Part shown: piece after piece, positions 38,645-53,479 of the stretch
Position numbering within the stretch: the first letter of the stretch is position 1
Layout of the letters: the number at the start of each line of letters is the position of its first letter
Assembly: GCF_006345805.1 (NCBI RefSeq)
Contig: NC_043000.1
Span: 52,328,001-52,392,000 of the forward strand
Direction of reading: 5' to 3'
Source: Octopus sinensis
Lineage: Eukaryota
Length of the DNA stretch: 64,000 bases
Made by a program: the position numbers and the translations under genes
The notes under the pieces: model-generated
The model's input: only the letters and a program-made list of their open reading frames with translations
Told to the model about the DNA's origin: nothing
The model's database searches: none

Positions 38645-40515
38645 CGGTGCAAGAAAATGGTTAAGCACTAGTTATTATAGTGAAGATATGAAATACAGAA
38701 TGAAAACAGATGTGAGATATGTAAGGATACTTTATCTGCAGTTCTATTATTTAAGCAGAATGGTATACGTATAAGTTTCCTGTATCTTCTGTGTGAGTTC
38801 TAATGGTGTTTATAAATGGTCATTCCAAGAACAGAGTCTTGTAAAAGGTGTTATTCGATCGAGGGTTTTTTGAAGTGACTGAAAAGATAGGAAAGTGTTT
38901 GTAAGAACAAATCAAAAACAGGGAGAGAGAAAAAAGGTGGGGGAGATAATAAAGAAATGGAGAGAAAGTGTACTGGCTAATGGTCAGTCAGGAGATATTG
39001 ATAGAAGGAAGCGAGAGGTGAGGGCGTGAGAGAGAGAAAGAGATGAGAGTGTAAAGAGATGAGAGAATAAAGAGTAATGTGAGGAATGTAGTGATAAAGC
39101 CTAAGTGAAGGCTAGAAAGAGGGATGTAGTGTAAGTAAAAAGGTGGAATAAAGAATGAGGGAATATAGGTTAAGTGTGTATATATATACACTCGTACATA
39201 TATACATGAACACATATACAAGCACATTTGTATATATGTATATACATACCTACATACATATACATGTATGTGTGTGTGTATGTGTGTTGCATGTAGTTCA
39301 TTGCACAATAATTAAATAAATGTTGACCGAATCAACAAAGTCTAAAAGAGAAAGAAAAACTGAGAGAGAACTTTGCAAAAATCTGAAACAGAGATATAAT
39401 TAAAATGAAATATGAGAGACAATCGAAAACAAGATAGGATTGTACGAAAATAGTTTTAAGTGAGAAATAAATATATAAATAATATAATCGACACACACAT
39501 TTAAGGTTAGCATTTAATAATAAAATATCAACTGCAATGAAAAAGAAAGCCTAAAAACTAGCTGAAGTAGACTTTAGGAAAAATACCACTAGGATGGATC
39601 AAATAATCTGTGCAGCAACCACAGTAGTTACAAAGATATGAAGATAGTTCCTCAGAGCTATTTATACGAGAATATTTGAAAGCACTCTAACATTGTGATA
39701 ATCATGCATAGAAACATAAAAATGAAAGAAGAGATATCTGAATCTGTAATGAAATCAATAGCGTAAATATACAAATGGTAATAGTTGAAGAAACAAAGGC
39801 TACAGAAATCTAGAATAAAATGAAATCAAAGAAAGCCTGGAGATATCCTCACTAAATCATTAATAGTCTTCTCGTTATCGAAAGAAGCAACGATTACGTG
39901 AACAAACAAAACAGTTTCACTATAGCCCGATAATGCTTTCCTCTAGGGCTATGTAAAATAAAATGGAAATTTAAGCGGCTGTATAAGAATGAGATGTAGA
40001 AACATTTCTTGGATGCATGGACATCTAAGGATTGTCACAGACGAAAATCTTTAAACGGGTAAGTGCAGAACCTAAGAGGATGTGATAAAATTCCCAACGT
40101 TTAGTTGAAATATTTAAACATCGACGCATAAATACATCTACCAATAGTATTTAATGATGAATTGAAAGAAAAACAAACGTTATTTAAATGAATCACCAAC
40201 AGAAAAAAAAAACAAAGCAAAAAGAAAACACATCTGAATACTCAAGATTAAATAACAAATAATCTCCAAATCTAGACAGTCGTAGAGTGTTTGCGTACAG
40301 AATACAAATGCTTAACTGCATTAATATCTCTGACGACGAATACTAATTTTGGAAAGCGTAACAAACATGCAAAAGACAAATTAAATACTGCTCGACATTT
40401 TATCATCGCGCAGAGAAACTGCAGAATTGAAAACTGCAGAAAGCTTTAGACCGTTGTGAACATATATTTCCACAACTATCAATTTCGGTAACATTGTTAT
40501 TAACAGTAACAATAA

Positions 40516-40705
40516 GCTGGCGGGCTGGCAGTATTTCTACCGTTTGTGCGTTCTGAGTTCAAATTCCGTCGAGGTCGACTTTGCCATTCATCCTTTCGAG
40601 GTCGATGAAATAAGTACCAATCAAAAACTTGGAGCGATGTACTCAACTAGCTCCCTCCGCACAAATTCTAATACTAGTGCCTATAACAGAAAGCATTATG
40701 AATAA
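40516..40705 (+). mobile_element. SINE family C
   Basis: gctggcag..gttctgagttcaaattccgtcgaggtcgactttgccattcatcctttcgaggtcgatgaaataagtacca; B-box-like gagttcaaattcc. Confidence 0.85.
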
Positions 40706-40859
40706 TAAAAAATGTATATCAATTGTGATATAAATACATGGCTCATAATTCTGCAGATATAAAAATAGATAGAATTATAACTAGCAATTCTCATCAGCTT
40801 TAGAAGATTAATGATGTGATGGAAGTTCCTAGCGCCTCTTATACGCCTGACCTTAAAAC

Positions 40860-42040
40860 TGTTAAACTACATGTTCAACGAGACCAATTCGGACAGAAAT
40901 ATTGTAGGAAACCAATCAAACATGTGTTGCTTCTGAATGACTTCAGGCTGTATACTGTGGATGATAAACAGTTGTAATCATTGTTATAAACAACACGTAG
41001 AGATGCGAGACGCATTTATATGAAATTCGGATTAGAAAACGTCGCCAGACAGTATAGAATATAGGAAAATTAATTTAAATGTACTAATATTATGTTAGAT
41101 AAAGAAAGTGAGATATGAGTATTATACCAAGACAGAATTACATTAACTTGTACAGAATTAATAAACTAGACGAGCGACACTACACGGTAATGAAATAATA
41201 GTTTAAGAAGGGAAAGTATAGACATTAAATTAATACATAAAACAGAGTTAAATACTAAAAGTAAAATAATAGGCACCATATTCTGATAGTTCTAATTATA
41301 AGTTATATTAATAATCTCGATTGAACATCAACTGAATTGGCAAGACAAAATAGAATAAGAAAACAATGCTGCACATAGATACAATTTACACCACTTGACA
41401 CAGAAATTAATGTGAGATAATAGTACGTATTGTGCAACTGGTATGTTCTTACAGACGTTCAGGTTTGACAGTTATAAAAGTTTCATAGACAGTAAATTGC
41501 GTCAGAAACACAAAATACCGAGAGAAATCACAGTGTGAACATATATCGGCGAACTTTTCAAAATGACTTATCTCGGGTTTGGTAACTCATGCAGACAGGG
41601 AAACTGATATAAAAATTGACCACATACTTTTGTTTAAAACTATTATATAAAGAAATTATTACGATTCTATGCAGACCACAATATATAACTTTGAAAGAAA
41701 TGAGAAAGCAATCCACGTATAAACATCCAGAATCAGAGAAAGCTTGAATGTAGGGATTTAAAACAAATATACGCCGGAAATATTTGTAACACAAACTAAC
41801 AAATGCATAGCAACATCCAAGGACTTATCGTTATATATAGCGCGCATTAAATAATAGACTTGTAATTGCGCATAAGTCATATGGAACACACACAGAAAGT
41901 ATATCAACTATCTAAGATACACATAGCTGCACGCGTTTGCTCGGCGAAATAATGCAACAAAAATTACGAAAAAAGAAATATTAAGTTCAAATTGTGTAGA
42001 GTTAGAAGAAATTGATAGCCTTGTATTAACATTTCAAAAG
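40860..42040 (+). mobile_element. Decayed R4/Dong-clade LINE RT region
   Basis: PIKHVLLLNDFRLYTVDDKQL*SLL..MKFGLENVA resembles HLLYMDDLKLY..MKFGLDKCA; A-rich sense strand; extent approximate. Confidence 0.65.
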
Positions 42041-42046
42041 AAAAAA

Positions 42047-42243
42047 TCATAATATTGGTTTAGAATTTTGGCATAAGGCCATGAAATGATGGTAAGTCAA
42101 TTATATCGACCCCAGTGGTCAACTGGTACTTATTTCCTCTACACCTAAAAGATGACAGATAAAGTTGGCCTCGGAGGAATTTGAACTGAGAATGTAAAGA
42201 CAAACGAAATGCTAGCGTGCTAATGATTCTACCAGCTCATTGC
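42047..42243 (-). mobile_element. SINE family C
   Basis: atcgaccccagt..actggtacttattt..cctcggaggaatttgaactgagaa..ttctaccagctc. Confidence 0.82.
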
Positions 42244-42352
42244 TTTGATAATGTGACTAGATCTAAAATAATCTAAGCGGTGAGCAAGCAGAATCTCTTT
42301 CCCGTGGAATCTCTGATGCAAATGTAGCCATAAATGTTAGATCAAAGTATAT

Positions 42353-42510
42353 TGCTAGCTGGCAGAATAGCCTGTCCACTGTACAAATGCTTAGCAGAAT
42401 TTTTTCTGGCTCTACGTTCTGAGATTGAATTTGCTGAGGACTAATTTACCTTTCATCACTCCGAAAATGATAGAAATAAAATAACAGTTAAACACTGCTT
42501 CGATTTAATG
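42353..42510 (+). mobile_element. SINE family C, decayed
   Basis: agctggcagaat..aaatgcttagc..tacgttctgag..cctttcatc. Confidence 0.65.
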
Positions 42511-42883
42511 ATACCATACAACTTAGAAGATATGCTGATTTCAACTGCCTAATTTAGATGCTTTAGTTTTAGAAGCCTTAGAATAAGGTTAACAGAAAAG
42601 TCTTGCGTACGCGTTATCCGTAGTTCGAATTTCACTTACAGCTCATTCCATTTTTTCGGTCGAATCTGTTTTTACTCGATGTATTATGATGTATTATTTT
42701 ATAGCTACATGGAGGCGACGAGGTTTCAAACGTTACCGCACCGGACAAAATGCTCAGTTACATTTCTTTTGGTTGATCACTAGGGTCATTAATTGGAAGT
42801 TGTGTGTCTAAATTTGAAACTTTTATTTATTGCTATATTCGCATTCCAGATATTGCAATGCTTATTTTAAAATAACATATGGC

Positions 42884-42965
42884 TAAGTTATGATTGTTAA
42901 GTTATGATTGTTAAGTTATGATTGTTAAGTTATGATTGTTAAGTTATCATGTAAGTTATCATTGT
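42884..42965. repeat. 14-bp tandem repeat (TAAGTTATGATTGT) x about 5.5
   Basis: Four perfect plus degenerate units visible. Confidence 0.92.
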
Positions 42966-45914
42966 TTGTAGTATAGGTGTGTGTATGAATATGAAATTAC
43001 TCTATGTGACATATGCTCAGTACAAGGTTGAACTTTTAGGAGGGCGTTAGTCGATCAAATAGACTCAGTATTTGAGTGTATTTACTTTAGGAAATCGACG
43101 CCAGTTGGGGTGAGAGTTAACTTCTGTAGAATTCGAGCTCGAAGTGTAAACCACTCGAACAAATATTTGAAAGCATTTTTCAAACGTGTTAATTATTTGA
43201 TCAAACGACGATTTTGGCTATGTTGATTCTGATGATTATGTTACCTATAATCGTAATAATAACTCAAAGCAACAACGATGCTAACGATACGACAGATAAT
43301 TAGGCGAAACGACACGACAGATAGGTAGGTGAAAGAATATCAGATATGCGTAAGCAAAGTGAAATAAACTGCGAGTGATACTAAACCTCAGACAAGATAT
43401 TTCAAGAAAAACAAAAACAAGTAATTAAATTGTAATATTGCATGAAATCTAATATGTTACAGTTTGCTTACCTTATGCAGAAAAGAACGTTTCAATGTAA
43501 ATTTTAAGGTAGAATACAAAATTTTAAGGTAAGATAGAAAAGTAAGTCATACTTATTAACTTAAAAACAAAAACAACGCAACTCTGCAGATTAGGTGAAC
43601 CATGAATAACAATACAAAGAGTGAAACTTATATATACTCATTGATCAAAGCCGTAAAGGGACACTGGTGTTTGAGCTTAATGAAATCATACATTAAATCA
43701 CGTATAACATCAATGTCAAAGGTGTCGTTCTCTTAAGTGTTAGTGTCCATGCTACTAAAACGAACACTTCAAAGGATCGATGAACCAAATAACAATATCT
43801 AGAATCTTGCGTGTATGCCCACCACATAGCTATAATATTCGCAACATAGCACAGCACTGGAATCCGAGGAAGCTAGTGACCGTCTTCATATGCAAATAGT
43901 CAGTACAAATGTAAGTTTCTGATCGAAGCAAATTTCTATTCTTCCTCAGTGCAAATGAATCTATTCAACTTTCTTATGGCCCAATATTATGAAGAAACGA
44001 AATGTGAGTACTAAGGTCGAAGTATATTCCTCATGAAAATTGAAAGCCAAAACTTAAATACATTAAGAAATGTACATAGATTCATGATATTTAAAAATCA
44101 AACATAGATTGACTCTTGCGCTGGCAACTCGCAGAATATAAACCAACGGTATGGACACAATTATAAATGATAGACATTAAGGAACGAAGAAAATCAATGA
44201 AATATAACTCACCAAACACAAACATAGAAAATGACAAGGAAATGATATGAAGACAATTTCAAAGAAGGTGATATAGGAGATAAAATATTCATAAATGAAT
44301 GAGAAAGTATCCTTTAAGTTTTCTAGATATAGCAGCCTAATGCCATTCAACTTTCTTATTATCGGCTTAAAGGAGGAAGAACACATATAATAATGTAATC
44401 TTTGATGTATTTAGTCAACAATACTGGCTGTTTTCGAATCTAACGCCTTAAATCAAAGCTGATTTAAAGTTAAGCAAAGATAAATCTCACATACGCGTTT
44501 CAAACTTGCACACATGCACACACGTAAAAGAGAGAGCCCCCTCCCCCCTCCTCAAAACCCCAGAAATACGACAAAAACTGCACGTTAAAACAAACAGAAC
44601 AATAGGCGGCTCATGACCAGAAAAATCCAAGCAAATACACTTTCTAATATGTAGCACGAGGAAAACTCTACGTTAGCATAACAACGAAAACAGAATAACA
44701 ACGATCGCAATAGAATAAACAGACGCAACCATGGGGAAAATCAAATATTAACTGCAAACAAAATAAGAAAAGACCTGACTATAACAAAATCAATCAACAT
44801 ACATCAACGGAATGTCTCTCGAAGCTACAAATAAAATAAACAAACATCGTTCGTTAATAATTCTGAGATACTAGATTTGTCAAGAAATTGTTTCCTCGAA
44901 AAGCAAACTTGAATATCTTACATTATTTCTTTTTCAGTCCCTTAAGAGTGACAAGAAAACCCACAATAGAAGATTGTCAAAACGAGAAAAGACATGTGCT
45001 TACATAGCGAGATATAAATATGAAAAAGAACAAGCTAAATCTATTTAAAAATATAATACTACAAAAAAGCAAGATCTTCAGAAATTGTAAGGAATGTAAA
45101 AACGGCTCTCAATCTGACAAATACATGCTTTATAAGACTCTTTGATATACATCAAGGAAAAAGTTTCTCATTGGAAAACATAGTAATGATAATAAAAAAT
45201 CCAATCACATTTGTAATGTATAGCGCACAGAAATATTCATCACAATAAAGATGCATAATGGATTAAGAAGGAGAAAAATTCAATGGTGTGGAAAAGGAAA
45301 GTGAAAGCAAAAACACAATGACACTACAAACATGATAATGAATAATTTGTGGATATTCAAGTAATTTGCGAAAACCAAAAATATCTGGTTAAAGTAGGTA
45401 GCGAAAATAGTATAAAGTACAAAGCTGAATGAATACTTAGCTAGTTACAAAAGGGTGAATACGTATGAATCCTCATAAAAAAGGACCCTCCAAATTATTA
45501 CAAAGTAGCTACAGTGGGAAGCAAGCAAGGATAGCTTTATCCGTGTTATAAGAAATGAATAACAAATGCATAACTTGCAAGTCTGCAAAATATTAGGATA
45601 CGAAGAGCATGACTGAAATGTATCACACAAAATTAAGTAGAGAAACGTGAAGATAGGCCTTTAAAATGCCCTAAACACTGCAAGAAAGATAAGAAAAAAC
45701 TCTGTGTGTTAAGTATACTGTAAGATTGGCAAATGTGTATGTCACCCAGTATGACATCTTGTTTAAAGAAATATACATACATACACACGTACATACATAC
45801 ATGCATACATACAGACATACATACACACTTACAGAGATACATTCATACATACAAACGTACATACATAATACATATATATTTATATAAAAATATATAAATA
45901 TATATATATATATA

Positions 45915-46187
45915 AATCAAAAATAAGGGTGAAAAAATTGGATATTAATTTAATAATAACATCAATTTAACACCAAGTGGTTTAGCGCATAAAAACCTGA
46001 GATACAGTAAAAATTTATACACAAATATAAGAGAATGTTCACTGTGTGGTCGCTCTTGCGCTAAAAATAGATCCGCAATGGTCTCAACCACCAAGAATTC
46101 TCCTTGGGAACAATTCCTGGTGGTTGAGACCATTGCGGATCTATTTTTAGCGCAAGAGCGACCACATAGTGGACACTCACTTATATT

Positions 46188-46192
<5 letters not shown>
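45915..46192. repeat. (TA)n-flanked element ending in an 81-bp-arm palindrome
   Basis: Arms 46019-46099 and 46112-46192, few mismatches; gives mirror pseudo-ORFs 45945- and 46078+. Confidence 0.9.
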
Positions 46193-46266
<74 letters not shown>

Positions 46267-47575
46267 AAAGTATGATATAAGTGTAAAAGGATTGGATATC
46301 ATTGTAAGAGAAAAATTGTAATGGCCTTGAAGCAAACTGGTGTTGCTAGCCCATATGGCATAATATGTTGACTGAAAAAATTCCAATGTGTCTGCGGGTA
46401 CAGAGAGTGAGTTCATGAAATACCACTTATGAGAACAAAACAGCATCAAGAAAAGTATGAAGGACATGAACGATAAGTTGTTCTGTACAATTAGATAAAC
46501 ATCTTCATCTCAATCGATTAAGATATCATACAGACGGACGAAAAGCTATAAAAGTGAAACTATCTTGAAATATTTTCAATAGTAACTCTCACTCTCATTA
46601 CATTATACACGGGTAGTTCCCAATTAATTTTTCCTAGAAACATTAATTTATCTAATAGTACGTCAAGACGGTTTAGATGCAAAAGTATGTTCTTTATTTT
46701 TAATTTAGTACAACAGATGAATTCTAAAGAAATATATACAGAATTATAAAGAAATATATGCGTGGGTTTAAATGATGGCAGCTGTAGTATGAGTCTAATT
46801 TAAAAACTTGAGTACGTGATAATAAATGTAAATTTTTGTGCTGATCCGCGTTTAATAGTTAGCATGAATATGAATTGTGCACTGAAGTGTTTTTCATTTT
46901 TCTTTTTCTTTTTTATGGGAATTGTTTTCAAAATCTAGAGCACCGGATTATTGCGCATGCTCAGTAGGATACAATTCTGTATTTTTAGGCCTCACATGAA
47001 ATCTGGCAAGTATCATGCATTTAGAAAAAAAAATGCACAATGTCAAATTCTATCGAAGTTGTCAAATATTCAGAAATGGACAAATCTATGAACAGTTGAA
47101 CAGTGTATATTATCTTTTATTTGATTACAAAGAAAATGCTTATTTATTTTCCAAACATCTGTGAATTTCACAGCGTGAGTATGTGCGTGTATGGCAGATG
47201 ACTCATGTGTGAATAAACAATACTTTCTAATATTAAAATACATTATTCATGAAAATAACCTCAGTCACGTCATGTTTAGATGCTATCCACATTCTACAAG
47301 CTGTATTTCAATAAACAACGAGAGTATAAGACAATATAGCTGCCAAACGCATGCTGCAAAAATCTACTCAGTTAACATGACAAATTGTTATGAGCCCTGC
47401 TTCAAATAATCTGAATATACATACATTTAGAGTCATATAACACCTGGAATATAACATTCTAGAAATTTACACCTCATGTGCTTCATTTCAGATTTGGTAA
47501 GAAGTTTCAATGTTTCTATGCTGGAGCCGGAAAAGAGATGCCAGTTGATAAATACATATGTACGTACTTATGGGA

Positions 47576-48360
<785 letters not shown>

Positions 48361-48406
48361 TGTATGTATGTATGCATGTATGTATTAGATAGTACATATA
48401 TGTATA

Positions 48407-49130
48407 CAAGGTGCAGTGAGTAAACTCTCATCTAAATTAACGCAGGAATGAAAATAACACTGACATCTTATTTTAACATATATATTTACTAAAATTACAT
48501 AAACATATCTTGAAATACTAAAGAGTAAATTTATTAAATAAAATTGCCATTGGCTTCAACCATGGCTTCCAGATGACTTCAGAATCTGTTACGACTCTTC
48601 TGGACGGTCTCCTTGATTAAGTTGGTGAATGTTGCCATAATCCCTGTCTAGAGTTCATCTTTGGTGTTACAAAGAGTTTTGTTGGTCTCTCGCTCAACTG
48701 CGCCCCACACATAATAATCAAGGGGGTTGAGGTCTGGGGAGTTAGATGGCCAGATAGTAGGTGGGATGTGGTCACAGAAATTGTTTGACAGCCGTGACTG
48801 TGTTTGCCTGTTTGTGTGGCATAGTGCAGAGTTCTGTTGCCAGTCGTGGGGTCTTCCAGCAGCCACCCTCTTGACCAAGGGCAACACTACCTCGTTCAGG
48901 CACTTGAATTAGGGCTCCGTGTTGACTCAGAGGCCGTGTGGGAAGATGATTGGAGGTTTAACGTCACCGTCGCTAGTGATCACTGTAAACACCATGATGT
49001 TGACTGGATGTTTGATGTTTATCAACCTCGATACATGTACTCATATATCACTGTCCTCGTATTGACAGCCATACTCTCTGAAATGTTTGTATTGAATCTT
49101 CCGGTGCGAATGCCGAACAGTACAGCACGT
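48407..49130 (-). mobile_element. maT (DD37D) transposon remnant, same family as 4368-5244
   Basis: ORF 48648-48887 WQQNSALCHT..IWPSNSPDLNPLDYYVWG with 37-residue spacing (second Asp mutated to Asn); TA-CAAGGTG end at 48405-48413. Confidence 0.9.
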
Positions 49131-49453
49131 GGTTGTCAAGAAACATCGCATTGTAAAAGATTATTTGTTTTATACACGATATTGAAATCATATGGATTGT
49201 ATCACATTTCCAGGTAATTCGATCACAGGAAGATGTCACTAACCGACAACACCTCTCTCTTTTGAAATCTGAAGGATTGCATATAAGTTTCGAAATCGCT
49301 CACCTTTCGAGATCATGGTAATTCTCGCGAACGTATCTTTATGAAAAGCATGATGCACGTGCAAAACGTTGATTTATTGGTTGTAATAAGTATCCTAATT
49401 TACCGACCTGACATTCGTTACCCGAACGCAGAAAGTACGAAAGTCGAAATTAG

Positions 49454-49765
49454 ATGGAACAAGCCATCGGATGTCTCCGTGCTGGTCAACGTCCACAGGT
49501 CATTGCTAATAACTTAAACTGCAGTATTCGGACATTTGTGTGGCTGAGGAAACTATACAATGCCACAAACAGCACGCATGATGACCCACACAGTGACCGA
49601 TAGAGGGTCACAAGGGTACGTCAAGATCTCCACTTGCACTGGCAGTACTTGCAAGACTGATTCCGGGGGGCAACTTAATCAACTAGGCAGACCATAGGAA
49701 CTCACCACAAATCCATTCATGCTAAGACAGTTCGGCGCCGGCTGAGATCTTTCAATCTGTCGTGT
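49454..49765 (+). mobile_element. Tc1-like transposase N-terminal DNA-binding region remnant
   Basis: MEQAIGCLRAGQRPQVIANNLNCSIRT..DDPHSDR*RVTRVRQD..IHAKTVRRRLRSFNL (paired-like HTH, GRPR-like linker, TVRRRL). Confidence 0.78.
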
Positions 49766-49916
49766 GATGAGTAACTTTAGAAGTACACTTTTGCTACGCT
49801 GGGTGATATTATAAAATGTAGTATATATACAAAGATTATAATTGAAGTTTTAAATCTATTGGTGCCTATATAAAATTACGAATTGAATATGCACTTTTAA
49901 AAGAAACGTATCCAGT

Positions 49917-50295
49917 AGACATAGGAGTGGCTGTGTGGTAAGTAGCTTGCTTACGAACCACATGGTTCCGGGTTCAGTCCCACTGCGTGGCACCTTGGGC
50001 ATGTGTCTTCTACTGTAGCCTCGGGTAGACGGAAATTGAAAGAAGTCTGCCGTATCTATATGTATATATGTGTGTGTGTGTTTGTGTGTCTGTGTTTGTC
50101 CCCCCCCCAACATTGCTTGACAACAGATGCTAGTGTGTTTACGTCCCCGTAACTTAGCGGTTCGGCAAAAAAGACCGATAGAATAAGTACAAGGCTTACA
50201 AAGAATAAGTCCTGTGGTCAATCTGCCCGACTAAAGGCGGTGCTCCAGCATGGCCACAGTCACATGACTGAAACAAGTGAAACAGTAAAACAGTA
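49917..50295 (+). mobile_element. SINE family A with a short internal deletion
   Basis: Aligns to 36532-36950; lacks the ctgaccaaagccttgtgaatggatttg segment. Confidence 0.92.
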
Positions 50296-50936
50296 CCTAG
50301 ATATCAAATAAAATAAAACAAATTTTTTACTTGTATAGCTCTGTCACTTCGCCTCCTGCTTTTACTCTGCCTCTATGATTTTTTCTCTCTTACCTTGTGT
50401 TTTGTCTGCCACCAAGCTTAGTAATGACACACATCATTCACTACTTTACGTTACATTTCTCCATATTTTATTTTAGTCATTATCTTTATAGAATGTAAAG
50501 TGTGACTGGAGATTCACGAAACAATACTCAAACATTTATATCGCCTATTATACCACATATTAAGGATGAACAATGATTGGGATTTGTACAGTTAATTCAA
50601 AAATAACCTAAAAGTAATGTGTGCATTTATGTGCAAGAAGATCCTTAGAAGTCAAAGCAGTAATTATTACAACACAGATTCACTCATACCAAAAATCATG
50701 TTAATTATTATATATGTGAGTGTGTGTATGCGTGTATATATGTGTAAATATATATGTGTACATATAGATGTATGGGTATATATGTATGTATAGATGTATT
50801 TGAATAAATGCATATGTGTATATATATAGATGTAAATATATAGAGATTTCTATATATGTATATATATATAGATATATATGTATATATATATATATATATA
50901 TATACATATACACACATCTATATATGTACATGTATA

Positions 50937-50993
<57 letters not shown>

Positions 50994-51044
50994 GTGTGTG
51001 TGTGTGTGTATACATATACACATATATATTTATATACATATACT

Positions 51045-53177
51045 AAATATACCAGAGAGAGGAAAATTTTAATGAGACGGCGTACAAAAATTTCAAATCG
51101 CCTAAACAAACAAATTGAAAGCAGTGAAAAGTCCCGCCTGAAAATAAAACTGTTGGAAATTGAAAATTGTCTGCAACTCTCCCATGAGAAGGAAAGAGCA
51201 GACAAAGAAGCCTGGGCTATAGACAACATAAAAACTAACCCCAGAGCTTTCTACAGGTATGCCAAAGAAACAGCTACGGTGCACTGTAGGATAGGGCCAC
51301 TCCTTGAAAAGGATGGCACACTCACAGGAAAACCAATGAGGGTAAGTGAAATACTGAATGAACAATTCAAGAGTGTTTTCACTCCACCCCTTGGGCATTT
51401 CCAAATCAGCAATCCAACTGACTTCTTTACCACTGCAGATATAGAATCAGAGGCGGCGACGATAAATTACATCGATATAAAGGAAGACGATGTAATAAAG
51501 GCTATAGATGAAATGAAAATAGACTCAGCTATTGGCCCCGATGGATTCCCGGCAATCCTCCTAAAAGTATGTAAGAGAGTCTTAGCAAGACCACTGCAGT
51601 TCCTCTTTCAGAGCTTCCTTGCAGCTGGCAAACTTCCAAGAAAACTGAAGGAAGGTAAAATATGCCCTATTCATAAAGGAGGTAGCAGAGCGGAGGCCAA
51701 GAACTACAGACCTATCTCTCTGACCTCACACATCAGCAAGGTCATGGAACGAATAGTCAGAAGGAAACTAATCACCTTCCTTGAAGAAAATGACTTGCTG
51801 CCTGACACCCAACATGGTTTCCGACCAGGAAGAAGCTGCTTAACTCAGCTCCTGCAGCACTATGACTGGGTGCTGAAACAACTGCTCAACCACTCAAATG
51901 TGGAAGTCATATATCTCGACTTCGCAAAGGCCTTCGATAAAGTCGATCATGGAATGATATGTCACAAACTGCGTGATCTTGGCATAGTTGGAAAACCAGG
52001 AGAATGGCTTCACGACTTTCTGAAGAATAGAAGTCAGGTGGTAGTAGCCAATGGGGCCACTTCCATTAGCACGCAAATAGTGAGCGGTGTTCCACAGGGC
52101 ACTGTTTTGGGACCACTACTGTTCATAATGGCCCTCTCAGACATGCCCTCAGCCACGCGGAGAGCCACGATCACAAGTTATGCAGACGATACAAAAGTTT
52201 CACAGGCAATACAGAACCCTGAAGACACTAAGCACCTGCAATATGAGCTGGACGAAATATACAAGTGGGCTGAAAAGAATAGCATGCAGTTCAATGCTGA
52301 AAAGTTTCAAGCTTTATACTATCAGCATGCAAAACTGAATGCAATACCCAAGGAATACGCTGGACCCGGAGGGATTGCAATCCCAGAGGCACAATCAGTG
52401 CGTGACCTGGGTATTCACATGAGTGATGACGCGACCTTTCATGTACATGTTGCTAAACTGACAATGAAATGCAGACGGCTGGCTGGATGGATTCTTAGAA
52501 CCTTTAGAACAAGAGAACAAGAAACCATGATGGTCCTCTGGAAGACACTTGTCCTAAGCCACTTTGACTATTGCTCTCAGCTATGGTCACCATCCAGTGT
52601 CAAGTTGATCACAGAACTTGAGGCGATCCAACGAAGCTACACGAAGAAGATAGCCTCTATGCAGAATGTAAGCTACTGGGAAAGACTCAAGAGATTAAAA
52701 TTATATTCCCTGGAGCGTAGGCGGGAAAGATATGCCATAATATACATCTGGAAGATCCTGGAGAGAAGTGTCCTGAACTTTGGCATCGAGAGTTACGCAA
52801 ATGCCAGAACTGGGCGCCACTGCGTGGTGCCTAGGACTCCAAACTTGCCATCAAGATGTAGGACAAAATTCTGTGATAGCCTGGGCTTCTGAGGCCCACA
52901 GCTCTTCAATATCCTCCCGAAGAACCTGAGAGACCTGCATGGGGTGGATACAGATGTCTTTAAAATGGAGCTGGATCTCTTCCTGTCAGGTGTCCCAGAT
53001 AAACCAACTTCACGGCAGGAGGGGCAGATGAGGGCAGCTGCATCGAACTCTCTCATGCACCAAATAGCAGTTGCTAGAAAGCCTCCATGAAGTGAAACCA
53101 AGTAGCAACACCAAATGGCGGTGCCCCAGCATGGCCACAGCTCATAAGCTGAAACTAGAATCAATCAATCAATCAAT
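51045..53177 (+). mobile_element. 5'-truncated CR1/L2-group (Jockey superclade) LINE
   Basis: RT ORF, short 3' UTR with stem-loop cagc-tcataa-gctg, (AATC)n tail; 5' end fused to a TA-rich tract; no APE domain. Confidence 0.95.
51072..52892 (+). pseudogene. LINE ORF2 reverse transcriptase (606 aa open; in-frame TGA, frame continues to 53090)
   Basis: [70 protein letters not shown]. The YIYI N-terminus of the 678-aa track ORF is microsatellite. Confidence 0.93.
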
Positions 53178-53479
53178 ACTGAATTTTTATTCCGAATAAA
53201 CACGTTGTACCGAGATGCAATTCGAAAAAGCCCGCCTTTTACATAGATATATAAAGGTTGAACATTTCTATATGCGACGCTGGATACATTGGGTGTTTAT
53301 CTGGTATGTTGAATTTTGTTCATTCGTTAAAATCTTGAATTATGCTCGCACTGACGATTAAAAAGTGCATTTCTATAATAACTATGACATTCAATGAGTT
53401 ACAGCTAAATTCTACCACATCCGCCTGACCGGTTCCCTTGCTGGCCGCAAGTTAAAAGCAGCATCCAAATGTAGGCGAT

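Noticed and set aside
42884-42965. Regular short repeats (CRISPR-like?)
   Set aside because: Head-to-tail 14-mers with no spacers, in eukaryotic context; a minisatellite
43620-45230. Faint R4 REL-endonuclease-like (43620-43870) and Penelope-like (44560-45230) traces
   Set aside because: Suggestive A-rich coding decay, but motifs too eroded to call without an alignment
50856-51071. N-terminal 72 aa of the 678-aa ORF
   Set aside because: Mostly TA-microsatellite read-through in frame with the truncated LINE; not a real start
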